A DNA stretch of 30,128 bases from Vulcanimicrobiota bacterium (GTDB lineage: Bacteria; Vulcanimicrobiota; Vulcanimicrobiia; Vulcanimicrobiales; Vulcanimicrobiaceae), in NCBI GenBank assembly GCA_003135555.1, contig PLCF01000053.1, forward strand, positions 1 through 30,128, given 5' to 3'. Positions 1 to 9,191 of this stretch are shown one piece after another. The position numbers were made by a program, and so were the translations under genes. Under the pieces are notes generated by a model that made no database searches, had not been told where the DNA came from, and saw nothing but the letters and a program-made list of their open reading frames with translations. The number at the start of each line of letters is the position of its first letter. The stretch's first letter is position 1.

Positions 1-52
1 CGCCTGGCTCATAACCAGGAGATCGGTGGTTCAAATCCACCCACGCTGACCA
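1..52 (+). tRNA. tRNA with CAT anticodon (Met or Ile2 type), 5' part cut off by the window edge; CCA encoded
   Basis: Anticodon stem CCTGG(3-7)/CCAGG(15-19) with loop CTCATAA; variable loop AGATC; T-arm GGTGG-TTCAAAT-CCACC (25-41); acceptor 3' strand CACGCTG, discriminator A, CCA at 50-52. Lacks the three consecutive G-C anticodon-stem pairs of initiator tRNAs. Confidence 0.88.
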
Positions 53-80
53 CTACAATCGAAACGAACAGGAGCGCTTC

Positions 81-968
81 ATGAGCAACCTCAAGATCTA
101 CGGTGAGCACGAGCCCAAGACGCTCGCGCAGATGCAGCGCTGCATGTCGGTCGGCAGCGCCGTGAAGGGCGTGCAGGTCGGCGACCGCGTCTCGGCCGAG
201 GGGCACATCGCGTGCGGCGTTTGCCGGCTGTGCCGCACCGGCGGTGCACACATCTGCGAGCACGTCGAGATCATCGGCGTCGACACGGACGGTTCGTTCG
301 CGGACTACATCCGGATGCCCGAGTCCAACGTTTGGAAGCTCGACCCGTCGATACCGGACAGCTGGGCCGCGGTCTTCGACCCGCTCGGCAACGCGGTTCA
401 CACCGTCATGGCGGCCGGCGTCTCCGCGAAGTCGGTGGTGATCACGGGCGTCGGCTCGATCGGCCTCATGGCGATCCCCGTCGCTCGCGCCGCCGGCGCT
501 TCGATGGTGTTCGCCGTCGACGTCAACCCGCAAAAGCTCGAGCTCGCCAAGCGCGTCGGTGCCGACGCGACGTTCTCGGCGGTCCAGCCGGACCTCATCG
601 ACGAGATCATCGCCCGGACCGGCGGCGACGGCGTCGACGTGTTGCTCGAGATGTCGGGCTCAGGGCAGGCGATCAACAACGGGCTGGCGATGGTGCGCAA
701 CGGTGGCGTGGCGGCGCTGCTGGGGATCCCCTCGGACGACGTCGAGATCAACTTGGCCGAGCGCATCATCTTCAAGGGGCTGACGGTGCTCGGCATCAAT
801 GGCCGGCGCATGTTCGAGACCTGGTATCAGACGCAGGCGTTGGTCACCAGCGGTCGCGTCGACCTCACCCCGATCATCACCCACGAGATGCGCTTTGAGG
901 ACTTCGACGCCGCTTTCGCGCTGATGAAGTCGGGCGAAGCCGCCAAGATCGTCCTGCACCTCGCGTAG
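81..968 (+). CDS. tdh: L-threonine 3-dehydrogenase, N-terminally truncated and fused to an RtcB-like N-terminal peptide (chimeric ORF)
   Basis: GDRVSAEGHIACGVCRLCRTGGAHIC structural Zn lobe, DPLGNAVHT, GVGSIG Rossmann motif, GINGRRMFETW and adjacency to kbl all match Tdh. The GICGTD and GHE catalytic-Zn motifs are absent. AGGAG RBS precedes ATG 81. Confidence 0.8.
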   Translation: MSNLKIYGEHEPKTLAQMQRCMSVGSAVKGVQVGDRVSAEGHIACGVCRLCRTGGAHICEHVEIIGVDTDGSFADYIRMPESNVWKLDPSIPDSWAAVFDPLGNAVHTVMAAGVSAKSVVITGVGSIGLMAIPVARAAGASMVFAVDVNPQKLELAKRVGADATFSAVQPDLIDEIIARTGGDGVDVLLEMSGSGQAINNGLAMVRNGGVAALLGIPSDDVEINLAERIIFKGLTVLGINGRRMFETWYQTQALVTSGRVDLTPIITHEMRFEDFDAAFALMKSGEAAKIVLHLA

Positions 969-978
969 GAGCGCTGTC

Positions 979-2178
979 ATGAACGCCACATTCGAAGCCC
1001 GCCTCAACGCCGACCTCGACGCGCTGCGTGCGGCCGGCACGTACAAACGCCTGCGCCACATCACCGGCCCGATGGCGCCCGAGGTGCACATGGAGGAAGC
1101 CGGCGACGTCATCGTACTCTCGTCGAACAACTATCTCGGCTTGGCTGACCATCCGGACGTCGTCGCCGCCGGAATCGCCGGGCTCCAGCGCTACGGTGCC
1201 GGCACCGCGTCGGTGCGCTTCATCTGCGGAACGTTCGATATCCACCGGCAACTCGAGGACAAGATCGCAGCGGTGTTCGGTTTTGAGGCTGCGCTGTCGT
1301 ACGTGTCCTGCTGGAGCGCGAACGAGGGGCTGATCCCGACGGTCGCCACGGCCGGGAATACGATCATCAGCGACGAGCTCAATCACGCCTCCATCATCGA
1401 CGGTTGCCGGCTCGCCGGCGCCAAGCGCATGCGCTACAAGCACGGTGACATGACCGATCTGCGGGCGAAGCTGCGCGAAGCGGAGGGGACGCCGTTCATC
1501 ATCACCGACGGCGTTTTCTCGATGGAGGGTTCGCTTGCCAAACTTCCCGAGATCGTGGACCTCGCGCACCGCTACGACGCGGTGACGATCGTCGACGACT
1601 CGCACGGGACCGGCGTCATGGGCAAGACCGGACGCGGAACGATCGAGCATTTCGGGTTGGAGGGACAGATCGACATCCTCACCGGGACGCTCGGCAAAGC
1701 GCTGGGCGGCGGCGCGGGCGGCTTCGTCGCCGGGTCGCGCGCCGTCATCGACACGCTGGTGCAGCGTTCGCGAACGCAACTGTTCTCCAACGCATTGCCG
1801 GCGACGATCGCCGCCAGCTCGCTACGGGCGATCGAGCTGCTCGATACGCAACCGGCGCTCGTCGCGGCGCAACGCGAGAACACGCAGTATTTCCGCGACG
1901 GCTTGGTGCGCCTGGGATTCAAACCGCTCGACGGGCCCAGCGCGATCGTGCCGATCATCGTCGGGGATACGGCCTTCGCGATCGCGATGAGCGACCGGCT
2001 GCTGGGCGAGGGCGTGTTCGTGACCGGATTCGGTTTCCCGGTCGTGCCCGAAGGGACGGCCCGTGTGCGGGTGCAGATCTCCAGCGCGTTGACTCGCGAC
2101 GAGCTCGACCGCGCCCTCGCGGCCTTCGAGAAGGTCGGCCGCGAGCTGGGACTCATCGGCGCCGCCGCGCACGCCTAG
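979..2178 (+). CDS. kbl: Glycine C-acetyltransferase (2-amino-3-ketobutyrate CoA ligase)
   Basis: SSNNYLGLA, ASVRFICGT, SDELNHASIIDG, TDGVFSMEG, DDSHGTG, GTLGKALGG (PLP lysine), ARVRVQISS; downstream of tdh with AGGAG RBS. Confidence 0.95.
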   Translation: MNATFEARLNADLDALRAAGTYKRLRHITGPMAPEVHMEEAGDVIVLSSNNYLGLADHPDVVAAGIAGLQRYGAGTASVRFICGTFDIHRQLEDKIAAVFGFEAALSYVSCWSANEGLIPTVATAGNTIISDELNHASIIDGCRLAGAKRMRYKHGDMTDLRAKLREAEGTPFIITDGVFSMEGSLAKLPEIVDLAHRYDAVTIVDDSHGTGVMGKTGRGTIEHFGLEGQIDILTGTLGKALGGGAGGFVAGSRAVIDTLVQRSRTQLFSNALPATIAASSLRAIELLDTQPALVAAQRENTQYFRDGLVRLGFKPLDGPSAIVPIIVGDTAFAIAMSDRLLGEGVFVTGFGFPVVPEGTARVRVQISSALTRDELDRALAAFEKVGRELGLIGAAAHA

Positions 2179-2330
2179 CGAGCGTCCGCCGCAGCGGGTG
2201 TCGTTGGGGATCGGCCCGGGCACGAGGTTTCTCGTGCCTTGCTCGTCCAACCAGTGTCGCACCGAGCAGGCCCCCGCTGCACCGGATGTCGGGTGAGCCG
2301 GCGCGCATGCTGACCTATCGTAAGGAGACA

Positions 2331-2798
2331 ATGCCGACTACACCGCTGCGCGCGGCGCCGATTCTCGTCGCGCTCGTCACGCTGTTGCCCTGGGCGGCCG
2401 ATGCTGCCGCGAAGCCCTTCCCCGGCCCACCCAGCGGCTGGGATCATACCGTCGCCTCGACGCCCACCGCCGAAGTCCCGCGCGCCCAGGAGACGTGGCG
2501 CAAGAGCGACGGCGAGGTGATTTCCTACTTGGCCGACGGGACGGCGGCTTACGACGATACGGTCGGTTTGGTCAAGAAAAACGTCAGCGACAACGGCCTC
2601 AAGCCGAGCATGGACGCGGATCGCACGTGCGGCGGGCGCCGCGCGCACGAAGTCGAGCTGACCCTGGGGACGTCGGTCGTCCACCAGCTCATCGTCGACG
2701 ACGCGCCGGGCGTCACGAAGTTGACCTACGTGCGGCCTGCGGGGTCACGGGCCGCAGCCGACGTGACCAGCGCGATGTCGGCGTACTGCGGCCCGTAG
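2331..2798 (+). CDS. Small secreted hypothetical protein
   Basis: TAAGGAG RBS before ATG 2331; hydrophobic signal peptide ending AADAAA; two Cys; GC-rich codon usage. Confidence 0.75.
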   Translation: MPTTPLRAAPILVALVTLLPWAADAAAKPFPGPPSGWDHTVASTPTAEVPRAQETWRKSDGEVISYLADGTAAYDDTVGLVKKNVSDNGLKPSMDADRTCGGRRAHEVELTLGTSVVHQLIVDDAPGVTKLTYVRPAGSRAAADVTSAMSAYCGP

Positions 2799-2876
2799 CC
2801 GCCTCAAGCCAGCGGTAACCAGGACCCCGGGGCCGGGCGTTACCCGGGGGTTACCGGCGGCTGCCAGACTGCGCTT

Positions 2877-4952
2877 GTGAAAGTCCTGTCTGCGGCCGTC
2901 GGGCCGAACGAGGCCGTCGCTTCGAGCCGGCAGGTCGAGAACGAGCTGCCCGAACGCCACAGCCGGCGGGCGGCCGCGTTCAACCGCTTCTACGTGATCC
3001 TGATGTACGCTACGATCTTCGCGATCGGTGCTTTGGGTGTCTACGCATTGGTCGCGACCCAGCGCAGCGGAGACCTCGTCTCGAGCGTCGACGATCGCGC
3101 GAACGACGCCCGGGTGATGGCCTCGGCGCTCGACCGCGAGCAAGTCGAACTGTTGTCCTCGAGCAACGGATTCGGCGGGGAGCGGATGAACCGCTTCCTC
3201 AAAGCGGATCTCGTCTTCGAGAAGGCCCTCTCGGAGTTCGAGCGTGACTCGCCCATCAACGACGTTCGGCTCATGTTCATTTTGCATGCGCAGCACGACG
3301 AATACTTCCACTACGCGCAGTCCGTCGTGGCCGGGCTCACTCGCGACGATCGTCCCACAGCCGAACTGATCGAGGCGCGCGGCGTCCGTCCGGCACTCCA
3401 GGCAATGCGCCGAGCGCTGGATGCAATATCGGTCGAGTCGCTCGCATCCACGTCACGTGAGATCGAGAGCGACCGCCAGTCCACCCTTACCCTCGAACGG
3501 GTGATCGCGGCCGCCACGCTGCTCGGGTTCATCTTGATGAGCGGATTCGCGACGCTGCTGCGGCGCTACCAGCGAGCCGCGGCCCGTGCGACCGCCGCGC
3601 AGCTCAGTGCCCTGGCGCAAGCCGCGCTGACCGACAACCTCACGCAGCTCGGCAATCATCGTGCCTTCTCCGACGACTTTTCACGCGAGATCGCTCGTGC
3701 CAAACGCAACGGGCACCCGCTTGCGCTCGCCCTCATCGACGTCGACGACTTCAAGGCCGTCAACGATACGCGAGGCCATTCGCACGGAGATGACGTCCTT
3801 GCGCTGGTCGGAACCCAGCTCCGATCTCTTCGCCAGGAGGACCGTTCCTATCGCGTTGGGGGCGACGAGTTCGCACTGCTGCTCGTCGAGACGACTCCCG
3901 CTGCGGCACAAACCGTCTTGAACCGCCTCAAGCAGGAGGCTCAGCAGGCGCTTTCAGGCGCGACGCTGAGTATCGGCTACGTCAACCTCACCCCCGAACA
4001 GCTCGAGCTCGAACCGTACGAGCTCGCCGATACCGCGTTGTACGAGGCCAAGCGTTGTGGACGCAACAACATCGTCTGTTTCGACGACATCGCCGACGCC
4101 GTCAACGTGTTCTCACCGCGCAAGGCCGAGATCGTGCGCACGATCATCAAGCAGGGACTGGTGAGCATCGCGTTCCAGCCGATCTGGGACATCGAAAGCG
4201 CCTTTCCGCTCGCGTTTGAAGCGCTGGCCCGGCCTGCGGTAGAGTTGGGTCTAGCAGGCCCGCAGGAAGCGTTCGACATCGCCGAACGAATTCGTCAGGT
4301 GTACGAGCTCGACCGAGTTTGCATCGCCAAGGCGCTCGCCGCGGCTTCGAACCTGCCCCGCGGCTCAACGATCTTCATCAACGTCTCGCCGGCCTCGCTG
4401 GCGCATCCTGAGTTCGACCCGGCCGCTTTCGTCGCACAGGTCCAGGCCGCCGGCATCCACCCGGATCATGTCGTGATCGAGCTTACCGAGCGCCGGATCG
4501 ACGATGCGGCGACGATCATCCAGCGAGCGCAGCTGCTGCGTTCCCTGGGCGTGCGGATGGCGCTCGACGACACCGGCAGCGGGCACGCCGGGCTCGAAAT
4601 CTTGAGCAAGCTGAGCGTAGACTTCGTCAAGATCGACCGTTCGCTGCTGGTACAAGCCATCGACGACCGGACCGCACGCGGCGTGTTAGCCGGCATCATC
4701 GCGATCGCTCGCGAGACCGGCAGCTACCTGATCGCCGAAGGGATCGAGAACGTGCAGCTGCTGGACTTCGCTTGCGACGCCAGCGGAGCGCGGGACGTTG
4801 CGGTCCCGGGGATCCGCGGCGTGCAGGGCTATCTCCTCGGCCGCCCCGAGCTCGGGCGCGTGAACATGCGCTCCCTCGAGCGACACCGCGAATACCTTGA
4901 GACGCGCCGCGACCTCGGCGACGTCCAGGAGATCGGACCGAAGGCAGCGTGA
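2877..4952 (+). CDS. Membrane sensor diguanylate cyclase/phosphodiesterase (TM-sensor-TM-GGDEF-EAL), copy 1
   Basis: Two TM helices flanking a helical extracellular region; TDNLTQLGN, DVDDFKAVND, RQED I-site, GGDEF; FEALARP, DDTGSG, KIDRS, AEGIE, QGYLLGRP. Start codon uncertain. Confidence 0.93.
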   Translation: MKVLSAAVGPNEAVASSRQVENELPERHSRRAAAFNRFYVILMYATIFAIGALGVYALVATQRSGDLVSSVDDRANDARVMASALDREQVELLSSSNGFGGERMNRFLKADLVFEKALSEFERDSPINDVRLMFILHAQHDEYFHYAQSVVAGLTRDDRPTAELIEARGVRPALQAMRRALDAISVESLASTSREIESDRQSTLTLERVIAAATLLGFILMSGFATLLRRYQRAAARATAAQLSALAQAALTDNLTQLGNHRAFSDDFSREIARAKRNGHPLALALIDVDDFKAVNDTRGHSHGDDVLALVGTQLRSLRQEDRSYRVGGDEFALLLVETTPAAAQTVLNRLKQEAQQALSGATLSIGYVNLTPEQLELEPYELADTALYEAKRCGRNNIVCFDDIADAVNVFSPRKAEIVRTIIKQGLVSIAFQPIWDIESAFPLAFEALARPAVELGLAGPQEAFDIAERIRQVYELDRVCIAKALAAASNLPRGSTIFINVSPASLAHPEFDPAAFVAQVQAAGIHPDHVVIELTERRIDDAATIIQRAQLLRSLGVRMALDDTGSGHAGLEILSKLSVDFVKIDRSLLVQAIDDRTARGVLAGIIAIARETGSYLIAEGIENVQLLDFACDASGARDVAVPGIRGVQGYLLGRPELGRVNMRSLERHREYLETRRDLGDVQEIGPKAA

Positions 4953-7000
4953 GCTCACAACGACAGGTATCGCCGCAGCGGGTCGAGCGTGCCGCGCCCG
5001 AGCGGCTCGGCGCCCGCGCCGCTGCGTTCAACCGTTTTTACATCGTCCTGATGTTCGCGACGATCCTGGGCATCGGCGGGATCGGCATGTACGCACGGGT
5101 CGTGAGCCAGCAAAACGGCGAAACGGTGGCGCGTGCCGACGACCGCGCGAACGGGGCCCACGCGATGGCAGCGACGCTGAACCGCGAGCAAACCGTGGTG
5201 CATTCGCCGACCCGGGAGGTCGCTGCGCCGCGGCTGCGGCGCCTCGGCCAGGCAGACCGGGCGTTCGGCCGAGCGTTTGCGGAGTTCGCGGCCGATGGAA
5301 GGGCCGAAGACGCGGCATACGTGCGCGAGCTGCGCACGCAACACGATCGATACGCCACCCACACGCGGGCCGCCGCAACGGCCTTCGCCGGCGGTGATCT
5401 GCGCCGGGCCGAGCTGATTGAAGCCCGCGATGTTCGGCCGAGCTTGGACGCGATGCGCCGGACGTTCGACGCGATTTCGACCGACTCGATTGCTATGAGC
5501 GTGCGCGCAACAGAGAATGACCGCCGCGGCGACATCGCCCTCGAATGGATGATCGGGGCAGCCACCACAATTGGCGTCATCCTCATGATCGGATTCGCGC
5601 TCCTGCTGCAGCGCTACCAACGTGCCGCGGTCAAAGCGGCCGGCGCTCAACTAGCGGCGCTCGAACAAGCCGCCCTGACCGACAATCTCACGCAGCTCGG
5701 CAACCACCGCGCGTTCTCCGACGACTTTGCACGTGAGATCGCTCGCGCCAAGCGCAACGGTCATCCGCTCGCGCTCGCCCTGATCGATGTCGACGACTTC
5801 AAAGCAGTCAACGACCTGCACGGTCACTCGCACGGCGACGAGGTCCTCACGCGCGTGGGAGAACACTTGCGGGCGCTGCGTCAGGAAGATCGCTCCTACC
5901 GGGTCGGCGGCGACGAGTTCGCCTTGCTGCTCGTCGAGACGAGCTCTTCCGCGGCTCAGGCCGTTCTGATGCGTTTGAAGCAGGCAGCGCAAGATAACCT
6001 CATGGGGGCGACGCTGAGCATTGGATATGTCAACCTCACGTCCGGACAACTCGAGCACGAGCCGTACGAGCTCGCCGATAGCGCTCTGTACGAGGCCAAG
6101 CGCCGCGGGCGCAACAACATCGTCTGTTTCGACGATATCACCGATGACGTCAACGTCTTCTCGCCGCGCAAGGCCGAGCTCGTCCGCAGGGTTATCGCGG
6201 AAGGCCTGCTCAGCATCGCCTTTCAGCCGATTTGGGACATTGAGAGCGCGTCCCCGTTGGCCTTCGAAGCGCTCGCGCGTCCGGCGCCGGAGCTGGGGCT
6301 GTCGGGCCCGCAAGAAGCGTTCGATATCGCTGAGCGGATCCGCCAAGTCTACGAGCTCGACTCCGTCTGCATCGCCAAGACGCTTGCCGCCGCGTCGAAT
6401 TTGCCGGGCGGATCGACGATCTTCATCAACGTCTCGCCGGGATCGCTGTCGCATCCGGACTTCGATCCCAACGCCTTTGTCGCGGCCGTTCGGGCCGCCG
6501 GCATCGAACCGGATCGTGTCGTGATCGAGCTGACCGAACGCCGGATCGAGAACGTCGCCATCATCATTCAGCGAGCCCGCGCGCTGCGGTCCCTCGGAGT
6601 CCGGATGGCGCTCGATGATACCGGGAGCGGCCACGCGGGGCTCGAGATCTTGAGCAAGCTGAGCGTCGACTTCGTCAAGATCGACCGTTCGCTGCTGGTG
6701 CAGGCGGTCGACGACCGGACGGCGCGCGGGGTCTTGGCCGGCATCATCGCCATCGCTCGCGAGACCGGCAGCTACCTGATCGCCGAGGGCATCGAGAACG
6801 TTGCGCTGCTCGACTTCGCCTGCGACGCGCACGACGCGCGCAACCTCACCTTCCTGGGCATCCGCGGCGTGCAGGGCTATCTGCTCGGCCGCCCCGAGCT
6901 CGGCCAAGTGAACGTGCACGCCCTCGAGCGGCACCATGACTATCTCAAGACGCGCCGCCGGCTCGGCCACCCCCAGGAGATCGGCCCGAAGGCGGCCTGA
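4949..7000 (+). CDS. Membrane sensor diguanylate cyclase/phosphodiesterase (TM-sensor-TM-GGDEF-EAL), copy 2
   Basis: Same motif set as copy 1; GTG start overlaps the TGA of copy 1 (GTGA); identical C-terminal QEIGPKAA. Confidence 0.93.
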   Translation: MSSQRQVSPQRVERAAPERLGARAAAFNRFYIVLMFATILGIGGIGMYARVVSQQNGETVARADDRANGAHAMAATLNREQTVVHSPTREVAAPRLRRLGQADRAFGRAFAEFAADGRAEDAAYVRELRTQHDRYATHTRAAATAFAGGDLRRAELIEARDVRPSLDAMRRTFDAISTDSIAMSVRATENDRRGDIALEWMIGAATTIGVILMIGFALLLQRYQRAAVKAAGAQLAALEQAALTDNLTQLGNHRAFSDDFAREIARAKRNGHPLALALIDVDDFKAVNDLHGHSHGDEVLTRVGEHLRALRQEDRSYRVGGDEFALLLVETSSSAAQAVLMRLKQAAQDNLMGATLSIGYVNLTSGQLEHEPYELADSALYEAKRRGRNNIVCFDDITDDVNVFSPRKAELVRRVIAEGLLSIAFQPIWDIESASPLAFEALARPAPELGLSGPQEAFDIAERIRQVYELDSVCIAKTLAAASNLPGGSTIFINVSPGSLSHPDFDPNAFVAAVRAAGIEPDRVVIELTERRIENVAIIIQRARALRSLGVRMALDDTGSGHAGLEILSKLSVDFVKIDRSLLVQAVDDRTARGVLAGIIAIARETGSYLIAEGIENVALLDFACDAHDARNLTFLGIRGVQGYLLGRPELGQVNVHALERHHDYLKTRRRLGHPQEIGPKAA

Positions 7001-7003
7001 CGG

Positions 7004-7315
7004 TCAGGGCCGGTACTTGGTCTCCGCGACGAGCTCGAGCGGCACGACTTCGACCGTTCCACCGGAGACGACGTCCGAACGTTCGGTGTAGTGGGTGAAG
7101 AAGTCGCGCTCCCCCAGCGCCTTAGCCGCCCCGTCGTCGACGGCCGTTGCGAGATGATAGTAGCCGGAATCGTCCTTGGCCTTCAGGCAGCGGTAGGAGA
7201 TCTTGCCGCTCAACGTGGGGTCGTTTTCCAACGCAGCGATGAACCGCGCGATCTCCTGATGCCACTCGTCCTTCGAACCGCCAGCAAAGCGGTACTTGAT
7301 GAGAAAGTAGTTCAT
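7004..7315 (-). CDS. Small hypothetical protein, possibly dimeric alpha-beta barrel (ABM-like)
   Basis: MNYFLIKYRF... 103 aa with GGAAGG RBS; alternating beta/alpha pattern; the fold call is an inference. Confidence 0.65.
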   Translation of the reverse strand: MNYFLIKYRFAGGSKDEWHQEIARFIAALENDPTLSGKISYRCLKAKDDSGYYHLATAVDDGAAKALGERDFFTHYTERSDVVSGGTVEVVPLELVAETKYRP

Positions 7316-7388
7316 CCGTGGGCCTTCCGTGCTGGTCGGTGCCGTGACCTCCGGCCGGCCGGCCCGAGCCCGAGCGGCAACGAGATCC

Positions 7389-8492
7389 TTACCGCCGCGT
7401 CGCACCTTCCGTCAGGCGCGTCACCGCGAAGGTCTTCGCGTCAACGGAGTATTTCGTGACCGCGCTCGATGCTGACATCGGAATCTGCCAGACCCAGTAC
7501 GTGCTGCGATTGGGCTGATTGAAGAGCATCTCACACCCGCAGAAGTAACGGCCGCGAGCCACGCCGCTGGATCGCAAGACCGCGTAGATCGCTCGCACGC
7601 CGCCCGCGGATACGGCGATGTCCTTCGGCGGTCGGCCCACGCCCGTGGAGATATCACCATTCTTGTACGTGATGTTGGTGATCGTGCCGATTCGTGAATC
7701 GAGCAGCGGTGCGCCGCGCTTGACGAGCGCTGGGATGGTCCGAATGACGTTCTCGTCGACCAGGACGCTTCGGCCGTTGGCAGGCCGATTGTGTTCGGCG
7801 ATCCCGAGCCGCACCGTCCCGCCCAGAACCGTGATGGTTGGGAGCATCGTCTCGGTCAGGGCGAGGCTATCGCCCGGAGAAGCCGTGCTCATCGCGGCTT
7901 TGATCCGGTTCAGGTCGGCAAGCGAGACGCCGGTATTTCGGGTGAGCACGATTTCGCCGCCCACGCGCCAGTGCTCGAACGGCCCGACTGCGATCCCCAC
8001 CGAGCCGGTCGGCAGCTGGGCCGCATCCGCCGAGACCACGGCCGGATCGAGCAGCGCGAACGACGTTTTGAAGCCGGCCGCATTCTGATACGAAATCGTG
8101 ATCGAACTCGGATGCCCGATCGGAGCCAGCGTGACCATGTCCACGCGCGTACCGGCGGGGACGCCGACGGGGAAGACGACGGGAAAAGTCGCTCCGGCGA
8201 TTGCGTCGCGTAGTTCCGATCCCATGGGATGGCGCATGAGGACGCCCGAGTGAATGAGCACGGCCGACTGACCGCCGGAAAGCCACACGTGCACTTCGTT
8301 GTAGATCTTTGCGCCGACTCCGGTGCCCGCACCGACCGCAGCCAGTGCTAGCGCCGCGCACGCACCGAACGTTCCCATGCGGCTGCGGGCTCGAGCGGCA
8401 TGTGAGCGGCTGCGAATCGAGTCCAGCGGCACGTCCGGGACGACGATCAGCGCTCTCGCGGACCTTCCCATGGCCGAAAAATCAGAACCCAT
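7389..8492 (-). CDS. Putative anti-sigma factor (single TM, large extracytoplasmic domain)
   Basis: ATG 8492 with GGAGG RBS overlaps the ECF sigma 3' end; short cytoplasmic N-terminus, basic patch, TM (GACAALALAAVGAG), long C-terminal domain. Confidence 0.7.
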   Translation of the reverse strand: MGSDFSAMGRSARALIVVPDVPLDSIRSRSHAARARSRMGTFGACAALALAAVGAGTGVGAKIYNEVHVWLSGGQSAVLIHSGVLMRHPMGSELRDAIAGATFPVVFPVGVPAGTRVDMVTLAPIGHPSSITISYQNAAGFKTSFALLDPAVVSADAAQLPTGSVGIAVGPFEHWRVGGEIVLTRNTGVSLADLNRIKAAMSTASPGDSLALTETMLPTITVLGGTVRLGIAEHNRPANGRSVLVDENVIRTIPALVKRGAPLLDSRIGTITNITYKNGDISTGVGRPPKDIAVSAGGVRAIYAVLRSSGVARGRYFCGCEMLFNQPNRSTYWVWQIPMSASSAVTKYSVDAKTFAVTRLTEGATRR

Positions 8493-9036
8493 GTTGCTTG
8501 ACCTCCAGGTGCGCCCGCACCGGCTCGTCGCCGTAGTCGTCGAGCAGGCCGCGCAAACGCTCGCGCGCTCTCGCCAGCCTGGTCCGAACCGTCGGATGCG
8601 CAATGCGCAAGATCACGGCGATGTCGTCGCTTTTGAGATCGTCGAAGTAAAACAGGACGGTGACGTCGCGGAGTTCGGGCGATAGGGTCGCCAATGCCCG
8701 CCACACGTCGACCGCCGCCGTGTCGTCGCTCGCGGAAGAACGCTCGAGCATCGGTTGCCCGCCGCCGGCGTGCCGGCGTCGTACTCGCGCCGATTCGCGC
8801 ATGACTATTCGGTACAGCCAGGCATCAAACGCGCCGGCAGTGCGCACGCTTCGTATCTTGCGATGGACGATCACGCAGGCTTCTTGGGCCGCATCCTGAG
8901 CGAGGCTCCAATCGCCGATGACGGTCGCGGCAAGGCGGAAGCAGCCCGGCCAAACCGCGCGGACGAGCTGCTCCGCGGCGGCTTCGTCGCCGGTCAGGGC
9001 AGCGGAAACAGTCTCCGGCGGTGCCCAGCGTGCCAT
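8482..9036 (-). CDS. ECF-type RNA polymerase sigma-70 factor
   Basis: Region 2: AQDAAQEA...FDAWLYRIVMRES; region 4: LATLSPELRDVTVLFYFDDL...IAVILRIAHPTVRTRLARAR; GAGGGG RBS before ATG 9036. Confidence 0.92.
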   Translation of the reverse strand: MARWAPPETVSAALTGDEAAAEQLVRAVWPGCFRLAATVIGDWSLAQDAAQEACVIVHRKIRSVRTAGAFDAWLYRIVMRESARVRRRHAGGGQPMLERSSASDDTAAVDVWRALATLSPELRDVTVLFYFDDLKSDDIAVILRIAHPTVRTRLARARERLRGLLDDYGDEPVRAHLEVKQHGF

Positions 9037-9191
9037 AAGCCCCCTCTTCGAAAACGGACAACCTATCCCTAAAGAGGAGCGGACGCAGCCAAAATGTTCC
9101 CAAAGGAAGATTGATGTTGTGTCGCGGCACAAGGCGACCGATTCAAGTCGCGCGAAGCGCCAGGCAAGCGGGCTCCAAGTGGGGACGAAAC

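Noticed and set aside
5651..6970. Long antisense and alternate-frame ORFs (also 15163-16134, 17433-18479, 28663-29964 and others)
   Set aside because: Arg/Ala/Gly-rich shadows of recognisable genes, expected at high GC.
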